Source of the DNA: Okamejei kenojei
Lineage: Eukaryota
NCBI GenBank assembly: GCA_035221665.1
Contig: CM069140.1
Span: forward strand, 28,768,001-28,832,000
Reading direction: 5' to 3'
Length of the DNA stretch: 64,000 nucleotides
In this document: positions 1-12,166 of the stretch, one piece after another
Layout: each line of letters starts with the position of its first letter
Position numbering within the stretch: position 1 is the first letter of the stretch
Notes under the pieces: model-generated
What the model was told of the DNA's origin: nothing
The model's input: only the letters and a program-made list of their open reading frames with translations
Database searches by the model: none
Program-made: the position numbers and the translations under genes

Positions 1-167
1 GTTGAATCTGATGGGGGAGGGAAGAAATTGGTGGGAAGGTGGGAAGAATACAGAGGGATTAGTGTAGGTGGCTGGTTGATGGTCAGCATGGACTAGATGG
101 GTTGAAGGGCCTGTTCCGTTGCTGCAGGACTATGCAACTCCCTTGGCCAACACACTTATTTGGTTAG

Positions 168-352
168 AAACAAGGAACCGCAGATGCTGGTTTACACAAA
201 AGGACACAAAGTGCTGGAGTAACTCAGTAGGTCAGGCAGCATCTCAGGAGAAGCTCAGTTTGAAGAAGGGTCCCGACCTGAATTGTCACCCATCCTTTTT
301 CTCCAGAGATATTGCCTGATCCATTGAGTTACTCCAGCACTTTGTATCTTTT
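168..352. mobile_element. Penelope pLTR-derived foldback repeat (degenerate hammerhead core)
   Basis: Inverted arms gacacaaagtgctggagtaactcag...ctgatccattgagttactccagcactttgt around tgaagaagggtcccgacctgaa; same family recurs many times in the window. Confidence 0.7.
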
Positions 353-1454
353 TTCAGCATCTCTGGAGAACACGGGTAGGTGAGGTTTCTTCAGGACCCT
401 TGTTCAGAATAATTTAGTTAGCTCATTATTAATGTTTACTGTTTTATGTGTCATTCCTAACTGTCACTCTATGTCATGCTGCCACTTGCCGGCGGAGTAC
501 CAAGGCAAATTCCTTGTATGTGAATACTTGGCCAATAAACTTATTCATATTCATTCATAATTAACAGTGAACTGTTTTCTCATGAATTGTTGCCCTATTT
601 GGTAGTTGGCAACAAGGAACATTTTGGAATTGATGAAAGGTCATCAATCGGAAACAATGCCCTGGCTTCACCATGCACAGATGCTGCCTGACTTGATGAA
701 TATTTCCTTTTCATTTGCTTTCCTTAAAGCATCTTGTTGTATGAGATTAGACAAAAGCAAGTCCTTTTAAATTTTCGATGTGTGACTCCAGATGCTGGAA
801 CCTGGAACATGAAACCAACCGTTGTATTCACTCAGTAGGTCAAGCGGCATCTGTGGAGGTAGAGGGATGGTCAATATTTCATGTCAAGATCAGCCCTGAT
901 GCAGGGTCTCAATCTGCCACATTGACTATTCGTTTGCCTCCACAGATGCTGCTCTGGACGCTGAGTTCTTCCAGCTGTTTGCTTTTTTCTCCTTTTACAA
1001 TTTGCTTGCTGCTTGTGAGATGTTGTTTCCTTAAATTACAGCGGTCACTTTGAAAGTAGTGTGGCGTTTGTGCGTTCCCTTCGTGTCTGCATGGGTGTTC
1101 CCCGGGATGCTCCAGTTTCCTCCCACACCCATAAAACATGCGTGTTGGTGGGAAATTGGTCGCTGCTAATTGTCCCTGATACAGGTGAGTGGTGGTATCC
1201 AGGATAGAGCTGTTGAGAATATGGGCTGGGACAATATAGTGGGGGGATGGATTGCTCCGTGAGCTGGCACGGACACAATGAGCAACGTCCATGTTGTAAG
1301 GAAGTGTGAGAATCTTACCAGCTGTGTGAATGGACAGCATCGGCGATTGTACACATGCGGAGCCTGGGTGACATCACGAGGCCAAATAAAACCAGTTTTG
1401 TGTATCTCCACGAGATGACCACATCCCCCCTGCATTTTCTGTTAAACAAGACAC

Positions 1455-1708
1455 AAGGTGCTATAGTAGTGGTGCAGCGGTAGAGTTGCTGCCTCACAGA
1501 CACATGACTTTGGCTGCTGTCTGTATCAAGTTTGTCTGTTCTCCCTGTCATTGTGTGGGGTTTCTCCGGCAGCTCCGGTTTCCTCTCCAAAGATGTGCAG
1601 GTTAATTGGATTCTGTAAACTGTCCCTAATGTGTGCGATAAAACTAATCTCTGGATGATTGCTGGTCGGTGTGGACCACACTATATCTAAACTAAACTAA
1701 ATTAAACT
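1455..1708 (+). mobile_element. HE1-like V-SINE (internally deleted)
   Basis: tRNA-like head gtggtgcagcggtagagttgctgcc, V-domain, (taaac)n tail. Confidence 0.8.
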
Positions 1709-2434
1709 GCCAGTGTAAAATGCCAGTGGCAAGGACACCCATCAAGAGTCCTCAGCAGGAATGCGATGAAAACCATTTCCTGATTTGATCCACTGGGCAT
1801 CCCCCCCCCCCCCCCCCCCCACCACACTCCCCGCCTTCCACTGACCAGCAGAGGGCAGTGCTGACCAGGGAATGATGCTGGCTGCAGCTCTGGAAATTCT
1901 CTGGATCACTGATCTCTCCGTCCCCACCATCCCTGCTGGGAGTCCCGGCAACATCTTATCCTCCTCTCCAGCGATGGGCCAGCTGGAAGCCTTCCTGCGA
2001 CCCTTTCGAAACAGAATTAAAGGATACCAGGAGGTTTCCCCAGGCTAACCACTGAATAAACATCAGGCAGCAGTTCAGGCTTTTATGGACAATTAACAGG
2101 ATGTGTATTATTTCACGGACGGCAGTGTTTTAACAATTTAATTCAAATCCGATCTGCAGTAATGAAATTTTAACTCACTTGCCTCAGAAATGGTTGGTTA
2201 CAAACTCAGTGCACCCACACACACACACACACTAGTCTGTCATGTATATTAATGACGGCACGGAGGCAACCCGTTACACTTGTCCCCAGTAAATGTCTTC
2301 TCATCTGCTGTAGCAATGATAATGATGCCCCCACTGTGCATAGAGTAATAATTTAAATGGTTGTGATCCAATAACCAGTGCACTGTGATATATTGCAAGC
2401 TCTGAGATCCATTGACAACTACACAGTATACTGG

Positions 2435-2596
2435 GAAATGGAGACACGGCATCTAATATTCACTTGTGTGGCTTACAACCCAATGGTATGAACATTGAAC
2501 ATAGACACAGAGTGCTGGAGTAATTCAGCGGGTCAGACAGCATCTCTGGAGAAAAGGAACTGGTGACGTTTCGAGTCGAGACCCTTCTTCAGACTC
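2435..2596. mobile_element. Penelope-like element 3' fragment plus inverted pLTR with hammerhead-like core
   Basis: Degenerate end of GIY-YIG ORF (HLIF...LQPNGMNIE); minus strand reads agtctgaagaagggtctcgactcgaaacgtcac at about 2563-2595. Confidence 0.7.
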
Positions 2597-2726
2597 CAAC
2601 CCGGCCCTTAGGTGGCTGTCAGTGAGGACACAACAAGTGAAGAGTTGGTAACGTTATAGTGGAAGATGAGGGAAACATAGAGAGATAGGTGGCAGAGCAG
2701 CTCCCTCACAGCTCCAGTACAGAGTT

Positions 2727-3756
2727 AATTCAATTCAATTCAATCTTTAATTGTCATTGTGCAGTGTACAATACAGAGACAACGAAATGCAGTTAGCATC
2801 TCCGAAGGGCGAACTTACGAATAAACAAGTAATTGCGCAGTAGTATGAGCATATACATCTATACATACACAGTGGTATCCGTGCAATTTGCTGGTGATTG
2901 GATAGTCCGGGGGGGGGGGGGGGAGGGGTGGAGACAGGCAGTCATTGAGGTGCAGCGTAGAGAAGTGTGACAGCCGCAGGGAAGACCTGTCTTGAGCCTG
3001 CTGGTCCGGCAGCGGAGGGACCTATAGCGTCTCCCGGATGGGAGGAGGGTAAACAGTCTATGGTTGGGGTGTGAGCTGTCCCTGGCGATGCTGTGCGCCC
3101 TGCGCAGGCATCGTTTACTATGGACAGACTCAATGGAGGGGAGTGAGGAGCCTGTGATGCGTTGGGCGATCTTCACCACCTTCTGCAGAGCTTTCCGGTC
3201 GGCGACAGAGCAGTTACCATACCATACTGTGATGCAGTTGGTAAGGATGCTCTCGATGGTGCAGCGGTAGAAGTTCACCAGAATCTGGGGAGACAGGTGG
3301 ACCTTCTTAAGTCTCCTCAGGAAGAAGAGACGCTGGTGAGCTTTCTTGATCAGCGAGGATGTTGTGCGTCCAGGAGAGGTCATCGGAGATGTTGACCCCC
3401 AGGAACCTGAAGCTGGAGACACTTTCCACCTCCGTCCCGTTGATATGGATGGGGTTGTGCGTGCAGCCTCTCGATCTCCTGAAGTCCACAACGAGCTCCT
3501 TGGTCTTCTTGGAGTTGAGGGCCAGGTTATTGTCGGCACACCATGCTGTTAGGAGCTGAACCTCCTCCCTGTAGGCCGACTCATCATTGTTGCTGATGAG
3601 GCCAATCACCGTTGTGTCATCTGCATACTTGATGATGGTGTTGGTACCATGTACAGGTATGCAGTCGTAGGTGAAGAGAGAGTAGTGGAGGGGGCTTAGC
3701 ACGCAGCCCTGGGGTACGCCAGTGTTCAGGGTGAGGGTAGAAGAGGAGTGGTTATC
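2727..3756 (-). mobile_element. Rex1/Babar-clade LINE, 5'-truncated, frameshifted RT C-terminus
   Basis: ORFs 3307-3702 (IIKYADDTTVIGLISNNDESAYREEV) and 2859-3539 (KKAHQRLFFLRRLKK...LLPSGRRYRSL) joined by a frameshift near 3360; tandem tail, (aattc)n on the plus strand, at 2727-2742. Confidence 0.9.
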
Positions 3757-4203
3757 AAGATACAGCGTGGAAACAGGACCTTTGGCCCACCGATTCCATG
3801 CTGACCATCACCCGCACAGTAGTTCCATGTTATTCCACTTTTACATCACTCCCTACACACTGGGGACAATTTACAGAAGCTAATTAACGTACAAACCTGT
3901 AGGTCTTTGGATTGGGGGAGTAAACTGGAGCGCCCGGAGCACAGTATGCCTCACGCGGAAGGGGCAGAGGTGACCATTACGGGTTAAAATGGCCGCCTCC
4001 CCATCTCCTCTTAGTACTGAGAGTCTGGATCTAAACCATACCCGGGGGAAATAGAAGAGTGTTTTCGGGACTATTGCAGCCAAACATTTAAATAGGAGCC
4101 TGCTGGTTCAACCCCACAGAGGGACTCCACACAGACAGCACCGGAGGTGAGGAGTGAACTTGGGTCGCTGGAGTCATGAAGCAGGAGCTCTATGCGCTGT
4201 GCC
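3757..4203 (-). mobile_element. HE1-like V-SINE interrupted by about 170 bp of unrelated sequence (3945-4115)
   Basis: Tail agatacagcgtggaaacagg, body, then head resumes at actccacacagacagcacc. Confidence 0.7.
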
Positions 4204-4447
4204 ATTCACTCTCTGCCATTCAACCAGGATGGATTCGCGTTTGACCAAGGGTGAAGTCAGCCACAAGCCAACTCCCGGAGGAACAAGCAATGCAATAGGT
4301 TTGCAGGGCTGCTGCTATTGTCTGAAGGGAGACATGTCAATGATTGCAATGTATCAACATTGGATTTAATCTACATATTTTCTGCCTAATATGTTTTCAA
4401 AGGCAACAATAAAAATAAAATTGAAATGCCAATTAGGCAGCCCGGCC

Positions 4448-4733
4448 TTGGTTTAGAGATACAGCGTGGAAACAGGCACTTCAGCACACAGAGTCCACGC
4501 TGACCAGCGATCACCCTGTACACTAGCACTATCCTACACACTAGGGACAATTTGCAATCTTTTCCTGAAGCCAATTAACTTACAAATCTGCATGTCTTTG
4601 GAGTGTGGGAAGAAACCGGAAGAAACCGGGGAAAACCTACTTGGACACAGGGAGAATGTACAAACAGCACCCGTGGTCAGGGTCGAACCCTGGTCTCTGG
4701 CGCACTAAGGCAGCTGCTCTACCGCTGCACCAC
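4448..4733 (-). mobile_element. HE1-like V-SINE
   Basis: Near full length; minus strand has A box ggtgcagcggtag and B box ggttcgacc. Confidence 0.85.
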
Positions 4734-4805
4734 CTTTGGCACTTGTTATCTTTGATCTTTGGCACAGTTTATTTTGGTTTGCCCTGAGTCCCCTGAAGAC
4801 ACATT

Positions 4806-4842
<37 letters not shown>

Positions 4843-4844
<2 letters not shown>

Positions 4845-5050
4845 AGGTTAACTAAATGTCCCTGGAGAGGGAACATACGGGGACTCTGGAGGCCTTCTGT
4901 GGGCACTGGTCACCGCATGGGGTTGAGAGTATTGTAAATAATGAATGCATTATTGTACTATAATGACTATTTGATACATTGTAACTTCTGATTTTGTTTT
5001 GATGTGATGTATCATGCGATTGTGCTGAATAAAGTTTTTTGGAAGGGAAA

Positions 5051-5053
<3 letters not shown>
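4843..5053 (+). mobile_element. Tx1-like (L1 group) LINE extreme 3' end
   Basis: Translates SLEREHTGTLEAFCGHWSPHGVESIVNNECIIVL*, resembling Tx1 ORF2 C-termini; then T-rich UTR, aataaa and A-rich tail. Confidence 0.65.
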
Positions 5054-5092
<39 letters not shown>

Positions 5093-5097
<5 letters not shown>

Positions 5098-5241
5098 TGA
5101 CAGCCAGACATGAGATTCGAATACTCAGATGGGCGTGAGACCGGGTATTTTGTATTGTTACTTTATTGATAGTCGAGTTTTTCTGTGTTTTACTTGTATT
5201 TTACTTGAATAAATAGTTATTTGTGCTAAAAAAAAAAAAAA
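5093..5241 (+). mobile_element. Poly(A)-tailed retroelement 3' UTR fragment
   Basis: T-rich UTR, aataaa at about 5208, A-run 5228-5241; flanked by (GA)n on both sides. Confidence 0.6.
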
Positions 5242-5242
5242 G

Positions 5243-5276
<34 letters not shown>

Positions 5277-5289
5277 GGAGATGTAGGTT

Positions 5290-5580
5290 GGGATGTGATA
5301 GCATAGTGGTTAAGTTACTGGACTGCCAGCAAGCTGAGACGATTGATCCAGGGACATGAGCTCAAATATTGCTTTGGCAACTGAAAGATTTTAATTCAAG
5401 TAATGAAATAAAACTAGTGTTTGCAAAAAGTCTCATCTCATTAACAATAAAATGAAATTATTGGATGTCATCAAAATCCATCTGGTTAATTAAAGTCTTG
5501 CACATCTGGGGTAGATCAAGTAAGGTTTAATTTAATTAAGATGTGACTCCTGACCCTTGCGTTTGGCTCTCAGCTGCCGT
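5290..5580 (+). mobile_element. Old tRNA-derived SINE of a second family
   Basis: tagcatagtggttaag A box, degenerate B box gagctcaaat; body differs from HE1. Confidence 0.5.
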
Positions 5581-5597
5581 TTCAGTTCAGCTCATGT

Positions 5598-5825
5598 TTA
5601 TAGATAGCGCTGGTAAACAGGCTCTTTGGCCCACCTAGTCCACACCGACCAGCAATCCCTGTACACTAGCATTATACTACACATTAGGGGCAATTGACAA
5701 TTCTTAGCAAAGCCAATTAACCTACCCGTAGAAAGTACAAACTCTGTACAGACCTCAGCCGTGCTCAGGATTGAACCCGGGCCTCTGCCGCTGTAACTCT
5801 ACCGCTGCGCCACTGTGCCTCCACC
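5598..5825 (-). mobile_element. HE1-like V-SINE (deleted)
   Basis: Tail and tRNA head recognisable on the minus strand. Confidence 0.75.
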
Positions 5826-6109
5826 ATGCCTCAGTGCTGGCATTAAGACTGGCCTTCACATCCGACGTTTGAATAAAATATTCTGGGCATAGATTCACCG
5901 AGCTAACCCTAAGATCTCTAGCAATCATAGCAGCAACATTTATGTAACATCTTTGATAAGTAAAAATGTCCAAAGCCCCTCACTGGCACAGAGTTAATCC
6001 GAATGTGGCATGAGGCCAGGTAAAGTGATCGTAAGGCAAAGCTTGTGGTTATAGAGCATCTTAAATGTGGAAAACAAAGGAGTTCCCAAGATAGATACCA
6101 GCACCATAT

Positions 6110-6652
6110 CTGAGGAAGGATGTGCCGACTCTGGAGTGGGTCCAGAGGAGGTTTACAAGAACTGAGGTTTACAAGAACCAGGACTGAGCTATGATGAGTG
6201 TCTGATGGCACTGGGCCTGCACTCGCTGGAGTTTAGAAGAATGAGGGAAGACCTCATTGAAACTTACAGAATAGTGAAAGGCATGGATAGAGTGGATGTG
6301 GAGAGGATGTTTCCACCAGTGGGAGGGTCTAGGACTAGAGGTCAGAATTAAAGGACGTTCATTTAGAAAGGAGATGAGAAAACATTTCTTTCGTCAGAGG
6401 GTGGTGAATCTGTGAAATGATTTCACTGGGTGAATCTGTGAGATTATTTGCCACAGAAGGCTGTAGAAGACAAGTCAGTGTATACTTGTAAGGCAGAGAT
6501 AGATAGATTTTTGAATAGTACTGGTGTCAGAGGTTATGGGGAGAAGGCAGGAGAATGGGGTTAGGAAGGAGAGATAGATCAGCCATTATTGAATGACGGA
6601 GTAGACTTAATGGACCGAATGGCCTCATTCTACTCCAATTCCTTATCTTATG
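6110..6652 (+). mobile_element. CR1 LINE 3' fragment
   Basis: LEWVQRRFT, SLEFRRMREDLIETY, FFRQRVVNL remnants; CR1 3' hairpin ggaccgaatggcct. Confidence 0.85.
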
Positions 6653-6774
6653 ACCTGCAGTTCCTTGTGCCCACCTATCACTTGCCAGACTTTTCCCCAC
6701 TTCCACCTCTCTCCTTCAGCTTTCTCCCCCCAATTACCAAGAGTCTGAAAAAGGGTCCTGACCTGAAACTTCAT

Positions 6775-7052
6775 TTAGTTTAGTTTAGTTAAGAGATACA
6801 GCACGGAAACAGGCCCTTTGGCCCACCGGGTGCACACCGACCAACGATCACCCATACACTAGTTCTATCCTGCTCAGGAGGGACATTTTCCAGAAGCTAA
6901 TTAATCTACAAAACCTGCACATCTTTGGAATGTGGAAGGAAGCCGGAGCACCCAGAGAAAACCCACGCGGTTACAGGGAGAACGTGCAAACACTGTACAG
7001 ACAGCATCCGTAGTCAAGATCCAACCTGGGTCCAACTCTACCACTATGCCAC
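6775..7052 (-). mobile_element. HE1-like V-SINE
   Basis: (tttag)n tail and V-domain. Confidence 0.8.
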
Positions 7053-7834
7053 TTGTTATCTGTCCATTCCTTCCACAGATGCTGCCTGGCCTGCTGGGTT
7101 CTTCCACCACTTTGTGTGTCGCTCAACCGAGGTGGTCCCTGGCCTGCAGCCAAGGTCCTCTCCCAAACAGCCCACCGAGCAGACGCCAAAACCAGCCACA
7201 GGTGGAGCGAGATGGCAGGGAAGGAGGCTCTTTGGCCCATCCCCTCTGTGTTAGCCCGAATTTATTGCCGCTCTCTTGTCCTTTCCGGGAGTTGGCTTCA
7301 CAAATTTCTCCTCCTCCCCCGCATAGTGACACGGGGGAGCCCATGGGCGCACCCACCACCCCCTCATCCTCTCCCCTCTGCCCGATGCTCTCCTTCCACC
7401 GGCCCAGGGGGCGAGCTCTCTCCCCCCCCTCCGTGCCCCCCCATCCCACTCACAGTGGAGCACCTCTATGCAGCCGGGACACTGGGAAGCAGTTACAGAC
7501 CCGGATCTGCCTGATGCAGAGGGGTGGTTGGAGTTTAATGCGACCTCCCCTCGCTCTCCCGTCCCCGTCTGCATGCTGGATGAGGTGAGCTCACACAATC
7601 CTTCTCTCAGACGGACAGAACCGTATCCCACCCTCGCCTTTCAGCTCAGACCCGATTCCTTTTAAAACATAATTTCAAGCTTGGTTAACTTTAACTAGGT
7701 GCCTGTCGGCGCCTGCCGCCATCAGCCCCGCTCCCCGCTCGTGTGACTCGGCAACTTGACAGATACGTTGATGCGAGGAAAAGCTGAGGGGGAATTGTCA
7801 GAGACTGTGGTTACAGGCGGCACAGTCAGAGGTT

Positions 7835-8275
7835 CATAAGTCGTAGGAGCAGAATTAGGCCATTCAGCCCATCAAGTCTACTCCGTAATTCAATCATGGC
7901 TGATCTATCTTTCCCTCTCAACCCCATTCTCCTGCCTTCTCCCCACAAGCCCTGATACGCTTACTATTCAAGAATTTGTAAATTTCCGCTTTAAAAATAT
8001 CCATTGACTTGGCGTCTGTGGCAAATGAATTCCACAGATTCACCACCCTCTGACTAGAGAAATTCCTCTTCATCTCCTTCCAAAAGGGAGGTCCTTTTAT
8101 TCCGAGGCTGTGCCCTCTGGTCTTAAAATCTCCCACTAGTGGAAACATCTTCTCCACATCCGCTCTATCCAGGCCTTTCACTATTTGATAAGTTTCAATG
8201 TGGTCCTCTCACATCCTTCTAAACTCCAGCGACTACAGGCCCAGTGCCGTCAGAAGCTCATCATATGTTAACCCA
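7835..8275 (-). mobile_element. CR1 LINE 3' fragment
   Basis: ORF 7918-8181 MKGLDRADVEKMFPLVG...TRGHSL...FSSQRVVNLWN. Confidence 0.85.
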
Positions 8276-9385
8276 ATCATCCCCAATCATCCTGGGATCC
8301 CCAAACCCTCTGTGCCTCTCACACGCTCACCCAGGCCTGTCTGTAGTCCAGGACAAATGTCACAGGGTGTGGAAACAGGCCCTACCGCCCACAGAGTCCG
8401 TGCTGACCATCGAGCTACCTATTTACCGGACAATGTTGAAGTAAAGAACTACGGATGCTGGTTTATAGAAAAGGTCACAAAATTCTGGAGTAACTCAGCA
8501 GGTCAGACAGCATCTCTGGAGATGAAAATACAGAAACAAGGAATTACAGATGTCAAAATGTTGAAACAAAAAAATGCAGAAGTCTGAAGAGGTTTCCCAA
8601 TCTTCAACTCTCCATGTTCTCTGGAGATTTTGCCTGACCCACTGAGTTATTTCTCACACTGTGTCCTTCTCCATTTACAGGAGAAGAGGGATTGAAGACC
8701 TTTTATGTCGAGACCCTTCTTGAGAGAGCTACTGTTGCATGATCAATGCTCTAATATTCAGAAGGGTTTAAAATAGAGAAGCCTACAAATCCATCTCAGA
8801 CTGTGGGGATTCAGGGGCAATTTAGGAATGGTGCTGGAACTAATGAGGGATCAGGATCTTTCAAGTGAAGTTGTAAGGGTGGGGTGAAGTGTTTGTGGTC
8901 AGGGCAGAGAGAGAGGGGAACAGGATATCTCACTGGGAATAATACATCTCTATTCATTTTCCTGCCATATACAGGAACACAATGCAAAAAGGTGCAATGC
9001 GCAGACGTTACCAAATTTGGAAAGTTCATCAGATGGCAGTGGGTTAAATGAAAGATTGGGTTGAAATATTTTTTTTTCTGATTCCAGAACTAATCCTGAA
9101 CTAAATTCAGTGCAGAAACTTTACGCACACAGCAAGGAAAAACAAATCCTTCTGTAAATATATAATTGGGTCGTGAGTACAAGTGGAACATAATTAACTG
9201 TTGTGGATGTGTTGTAGTCAGGTGGCTCGAGATCACATTAAAAGGATGGATGGGGATACATCTGATGGGGACAGGAGGCTTTAATTATGCAGAGATCAAG
9301 TGTCAAGAGTGTTTAATTGTCATAGGCACTGGAAACGGAACAATGAAAGTCTTACTTGTTGCAGCTTTTACAGGTACATTAACCT

Positions 9386-9672
9386 GGGGGTGGCATAGTG
9401 GCACAGGGTAGAGTTGCTGCCAGAGATCCGGGTTTGATCCTGACTACGGGTGCTGTCTGTACAGAGTTTGTACATTTTCCCTGTGACCGCGTGCATTTTC
9501 TCTGGGTGTTACCGTTTCCTCCCACATTCCAAAGACGTGTAGGTTTGTAAATTAATTGGTTTCTGTAAATAGTCCCTAGTGTGTAGGATAGAACTGGCAT
9601 ACGGGTGATCGTTGGTCAGTGTGAAGTCGGTGGGCCAAAGGGCCTGTTTCCACGCAGTATCTCTAAACTAAA
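9386..9672 (+). mobile_element. HE1-like V-SINE
   Basis: Head, B box gggtttgatcc, tail gggcctgtttccacgcagtatctctaaactaaa. Confidence 0.85.
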
Positions 9673-9789
9673 GAGAACTAATCTAATGCTAACAACACAG
9701 CAAATACATATATATAGTAATAAACAATAAAACAAGCAATTATCAGTTGTACTAGGTAACCAGACCATGATGGTGCAAACTATTATAGC

Positions 9790-10255
9790 ATAGAAGAGAG
9801 ATCAACCAACTGTCCATATGGTGCCAGCATAACAACCTGATCCTCAACATCAGCAAAACCAAGGAACTGATTGTGGACTTTGGAAGAGGTAGGATGGGGA
9901 CCCACAGTCCCATTTATATCAATGGGTCGATGGTGGAAAGGGTCCATCACCTGGTCCGAGAACACTGATGCTATTATAAAGAAAGCACATCAGCGCCTCT
10001 ACTTCCTGAGAAGGCTATTGAACTCAACTCAAACAAAACTCTGAACATTAATAGCCCATTATCTGTTTATTTATCTGTTTATTTGCACTTTATCGGTTTT
10101 ATTTATTCATGTGTGTATATATTTATATAATGGTATATGGACACACTGATCTGTTCTGTATTCATGCCTTGTATATTCTGTTGTGCTGAAGCAAAGCAAG
10201 GATGTCATTGTCCTATCTGGGACACATGACAATAAACTCTCTTGAATCTTGAATC
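9790..10255 (+). mobile_element. Rex1/Babar LINE fragment with internal deletions
   Basis: Collinear with the 30770-31570 copy (WCQHNN, KELIVDFG, IIKKAHQRLYFLRR); tail acatgacaataaa plus (cttgaat)n. Confidence 0.85.
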
Positions 10256-10259
10256 TACT

Positions 10260-10480
10260 TCAACCTTTAAACACCATCCACTGTAGTTTGGGGGTGAGGT
10301 AGGGTTGTGGTTGCGTGTTTAAAGAGCCTGATGATGGTTGACGGGAAGAAGCTGTTCTTGAATCTAGAGGTAACGCTTCCTGGGCTTCTGTTTCTTCTTC
10401 GCAATGGTAGCAGTGAGATGAGAGTGCATCCAGGGAGGTGTGGATCTTTGATGATATTAACCGCTTCCTTGAGGCAAAGC
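10260..10480 (-). mobile_element. Rex1/Babar LINE 3' fragment
   Basis: CLKEAVNIIKDPHLPG...SRFKNSFFP on the minus strand. Confidence 0.8.
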
Positions 10481-10485
10481 TTCCT

Positions 10486-10836
10486 GCAGAGACCAAGCGT
10501 AGGCTTGGCGATTGCTTTGCCGAACATCTCAGCTCAGTTCGCAATAACCAAGCTGATCTCCCAGTGGCTCAGCACTTCACCTCCCCCTCCCATTCCAAAT
10601 CCAACCTTTCTGTCCTCGGCTGCCTCCATGGCCAGAGTGAGGACCACCGTAAATTGGAGGAGCAACACCTCATATTTTGCTTGGGCAGTTTGTACCCCAG
10701 CGGTATTAACATTGACTTCTCTAAATTCAGGTAGTCCTTACTGTCTTCTCCACTTCTCAGCTCTCCCTCTAGCCCTCTGGCTCCTCCTCTTCCTTTCTTC
10801 TTCCCGCCCCCCCCCCCCACCCTCACATCAGTCTGA
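10486..10836 (+). mobile_element. Penelope-like element: GIY-YIG endonuclease C-terminus and start of pLTR
   Basis: ETKRRLGDCFAEHLSSV...PVAQHF...RKLEEQHLIFCLGSLYPSGINIDF* (stop 10734); pyrimidine-rich UTR ending at cagtctgaa. Confidence 0.85.
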
Positions 10837-10926
10837 AACAAAGATCCTAGAGCGAGCAAGATAGATCCCTCGACGAAAAAGACGTAGTACGGTCATGGGC
10901 AGATTCATGGGTAATTTTCGGCCCCA

Positions 10927-11003
10927 TTTCTGTAACCGGCTTCCGTCACCGCACCAAAGATCCCATAGGATACTAGTGCGGAGATGGAAGCCGGTTACAG
11001 AAA
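10927..11003. repeat. 28-bp inverted repeat (hairpin, 21-nt loop) inside an unclassified repeat fragment
   Basis: Arms 10927-10954 and 10976-11003, 26/28 complementary. Confidence 0.85.
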
Positions 11004-11084
11004 CATCCTCGTAAAAATAAAAGTCAAAGCAGACCGTGATGCAACTAATCAAAATACTCTCCACTATGGAATCCACAATCAAAG

Positions 11085-11324
11085 GGATTTACAGGAGTCG
11101 CTGCCTCAAAAAGGTAGGCAGCATCATCAGAGACCCACTCCACCCTGCCACACACTCGTTTCACTCCTGCCATCGGGAAGAAGATATAGGAGCCTGAAAT
11201 CTGTAACATCCAAGTTCAGAAACAGCTTCTTCCCGACAGCCATCAGGCTATTAAACACTACAACCTCCAAATGTGCTCTGAACTACACAGACCTGGGGAC
11301 ATTGGGTTTCTAGTTTTGCACTAT
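11085..11324 (+). mobile_element. Rex1/Babar LINE 3' fragment
   Basis: HTLVSLLPSGRRYRSLKSVTSKFRNSFFPTAIRLLN. Confidence 0.85.
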
Positions 11325-12035
11325 CTTTTTTGTTATTTTTAGGGTGTTTTAAAAGTATGTGTTAATGTTCTCTGGTTTGTTTTATGTGGGGGGTGGGGGT
11401 GGGGGTTGAGGGAAACTTCTTTCAATTTCTTACCTTGCCGGAGATGCGATTGTTTTCAGGATCATATCTCCGGTCGCTTTGCAGCCTAACATCATGGTGC
11501 TGGAGGCCTTGCTCGAGACTGACTTTGAGCCCCACCGTGGGCCCGTGGACTTACCACTGGAGCCTGCGATCCCTCGCCTGGGATCGACTCAACCACCACA
11601 GCCTGCAGATTTCACCATCAAGGAGCTCGCAGTCTTGGGTAGAGACTGATCTCTGGAAGCTCCAAAGTAGCAGGAGGTTCGACCTGCCCTGACCCGGGGT
11701 CCGATTGCCCGGCGCGGGGAGCTGAGATCACCCCGATGCGGGAGCTTGATCGCCCCAACGTGGAGGGCTCGACTGGCGGTTACGGGAGCCAAGATCGCCC
11801 CGTCAACGGAAGGCTCGAGTGCCCCGGCAGGGGGAGAACAAAGAAGGGAAGAAGATTGAATTTTTTTTTGCCTTCCATCACAGTGAGGAATGTGGGGGAG
11901 TTGTTCATGTTATGTTCATGTTCAAAATGGATGTTAATGTTCAAAAATTATTTGGGTGTCTTGTTGCTCTTTATTGGTATGACTGTATGGCAAATCAAAT
12001 TCCTCGTATGTTCCAAAACATACTTGGCTAATAAA
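11325..12035 (+). mobile_element. Non-coding GC-rich retroposon with Rex1-like tail (copy A)
   Basis: 7-bp direct repeat gcactat (11318-11324 and 12036-12042); shares motifs with 21738-22415 and 51175-52020. Confidence 0.7.
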
Positions 12036-12166
12036 GCACTATTATGATTATAATGATTATCATGATGATTTGTTTGTTTTTATGTGTATGTCTGTATGTA
12101 TTTATACATATATATGTGTGTATGCACACACACACCCACATACAAATACACACACACACATGTACA

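Larger units (their letters stand above)
4810..5274 (+). repeat. (GA)n microsatellite split into three blocks by two retroelement tails
   Basis: (ga)n at 4810-4842, 5053-5092 and 5241-5274. Confidence 0.9.

Noticed and set aside
1801-1820. Poly-C/poly-G runs (also 2909, 38340, 53119, 57117) as G-quadruplex elements
   Set aside because: Mostly within repeat UTRs; homopolymer lengths are unreliable in assemblies
6932-7631. Overlapping 100-218-aa ORFs
   Set aside because: Arise from SINE plus GC-rich low-complexity sequence, open in several frames on both strands; no domain
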